A stretch of 63,221 nt of DNA, filler included, from Octopus bimaculoides (Eukaryota), in assembly GCF_001194135.2 (NCBI RefSeq). It is 5 parts of 5 records of this genome, joined end to end, with 100 filler letters (N's around TTAATTAATTAA, not from the genome) between each part and the next. Parts side by side here need not be neighbours in the genome. Positions count along the whole stretch, not along the records: positions 49,267 to 63,221 come from NC_068982.1; 4 more parts are not named here. One strand, 5' to 3'. Under the pieces are notes generated by a model that worked only from the letters and a program-made list of their open reading frames with translations, ran no database searches and had not been told where the DNA came from. Of this stretch, positions 62,412 to 63,221 are shown piece by piece (position 1 is the stretch's first letter; each line of letters opens with the position of its first letter). A program made the position numbers and the translations under genes.

Positions 62412-62500
62412 TGCGTACTGAGGTCCATCTAATCGACTGCCCTCCCTCCCCCAAATTTCGGGCCTTGTGTCTAGAGTAGAAAAGATCATTGCATTGTAGT

Positions 62501-62705
62501 AAGGCGGCGAGTTAGCAGAATCGTTAGCACGCCGCGCAAAATACATAGCGTCATTATGTTCTAAGTTCAAATTCCACCGATGTCAACCTTGCCTTTCATC
62601 CTTTCGCGCTCGATGAAATAAGTATCTGTTGGACTCTGGGGTCAATGGAACCGGCTAACTTCTTCCCCCACAAAATTTCACACTTTGTACCTATTGTAGA
62701 ATGTG
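62501..62705 (+). mobile_element. SINE family C
   Basis: aaggcggcgagttagcagaatcgttagcacg...ctttcatcctttcg. Confidence 0.82.
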
Positions 62706-62914
62706 TCAGGCCTGCATCATGTATGAATTCATTTATGTATGTATGGACATGCATGCGTGTACGTGAGCTTATGTTTATATAAGGGTTTACATGTGCTGCA
62801 CCCAGCTTATATATGTGTGTGTGTGTGTGAACTATATGTGAAGCACTTGAACAGATCCTATATGTATAGATAACTAATGTGAGACACGTACGCTTTTTGT
62901 CTGCGCTACCATAT

Positions 62915-63221
62915 ACTGTTGTTGTTGGCACTCCGTCGCTTACGACGTCGAGGGTTCCAGTTGATCCGATCAACGGAACGGCCTGCTTGTGAAATTAACG
63001 TGCAAGTGGCTGAGCACTCCACAGACACGTGTACCCTTAACGTAGTTCTCGGGGATATTCAGCGTGACACAGTGTGACAAGGCTGACGCTTTGAATTACA
63101 GGCACAACAGAAACAGGAAGTAAGAGTGAGAGAAAGTTTTGGTGAAAGAGTACAGCAGAGTTCGCCACCATCCCCTGCCGGAGCCTCGTGGAGCTTTAGG
63201 TGTTTTCACCAATAAACACTC
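62915..63221 (-). mobile_element. SINE family B, cut by the window end
   Basis: Reverse complement of 54107-54488. Confidence 0.9.

Larger units (their letters stand above)
61236..62470 (+). mobile_element. SINE family C split by the foldback element (5' part 61236-61377, 3' part 62412-62470)
   Basis: The SINE sequence resumes after the insertion at the duplicated tgYgtactg. Confidence 0.75.

Overview
Repeat-saturated eukaryotic genomic DNA with many N gaps. The repeat landscape (dense microsatellites, tRNA-derived SINEs, RTE LINEs) suggests an octopus or other coleoid cephalopod; this is inference. The only host coding sequence I can support is one 118-nt minus-strand exon (16929-17046, [39 protein letters not shown]). 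It matches the second coding exon of scribble (scrib, a LAP/LRR polarity protein), so most of the window is probably giant scrib intron. I did not find exons 1 or 3. The rest is transposon debris: RTE LINEs (one near full length, one with a 5' inversion, one bipartite), R4/Dong-type LINEs, Penelope relics, mariner/Tc1/pogo/Tigger, piggyBac and its MITEs, a hAT MITE and several SINE families. The most notable observations are two Penelope-type hammerhead ribozyme motifs on the scrib sense strand, a MULE-like foldback element carrying TTAGGG repeats, a CpG-depletion boundary near 47.6 kb that coincides with a scaffold join, and candidate unannotated scrib microexons. I found no prokaryote-type system such as CRISPR. 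Repeat boundaries are read by eye and are approximate unless TSDs or TIRs are quoted.
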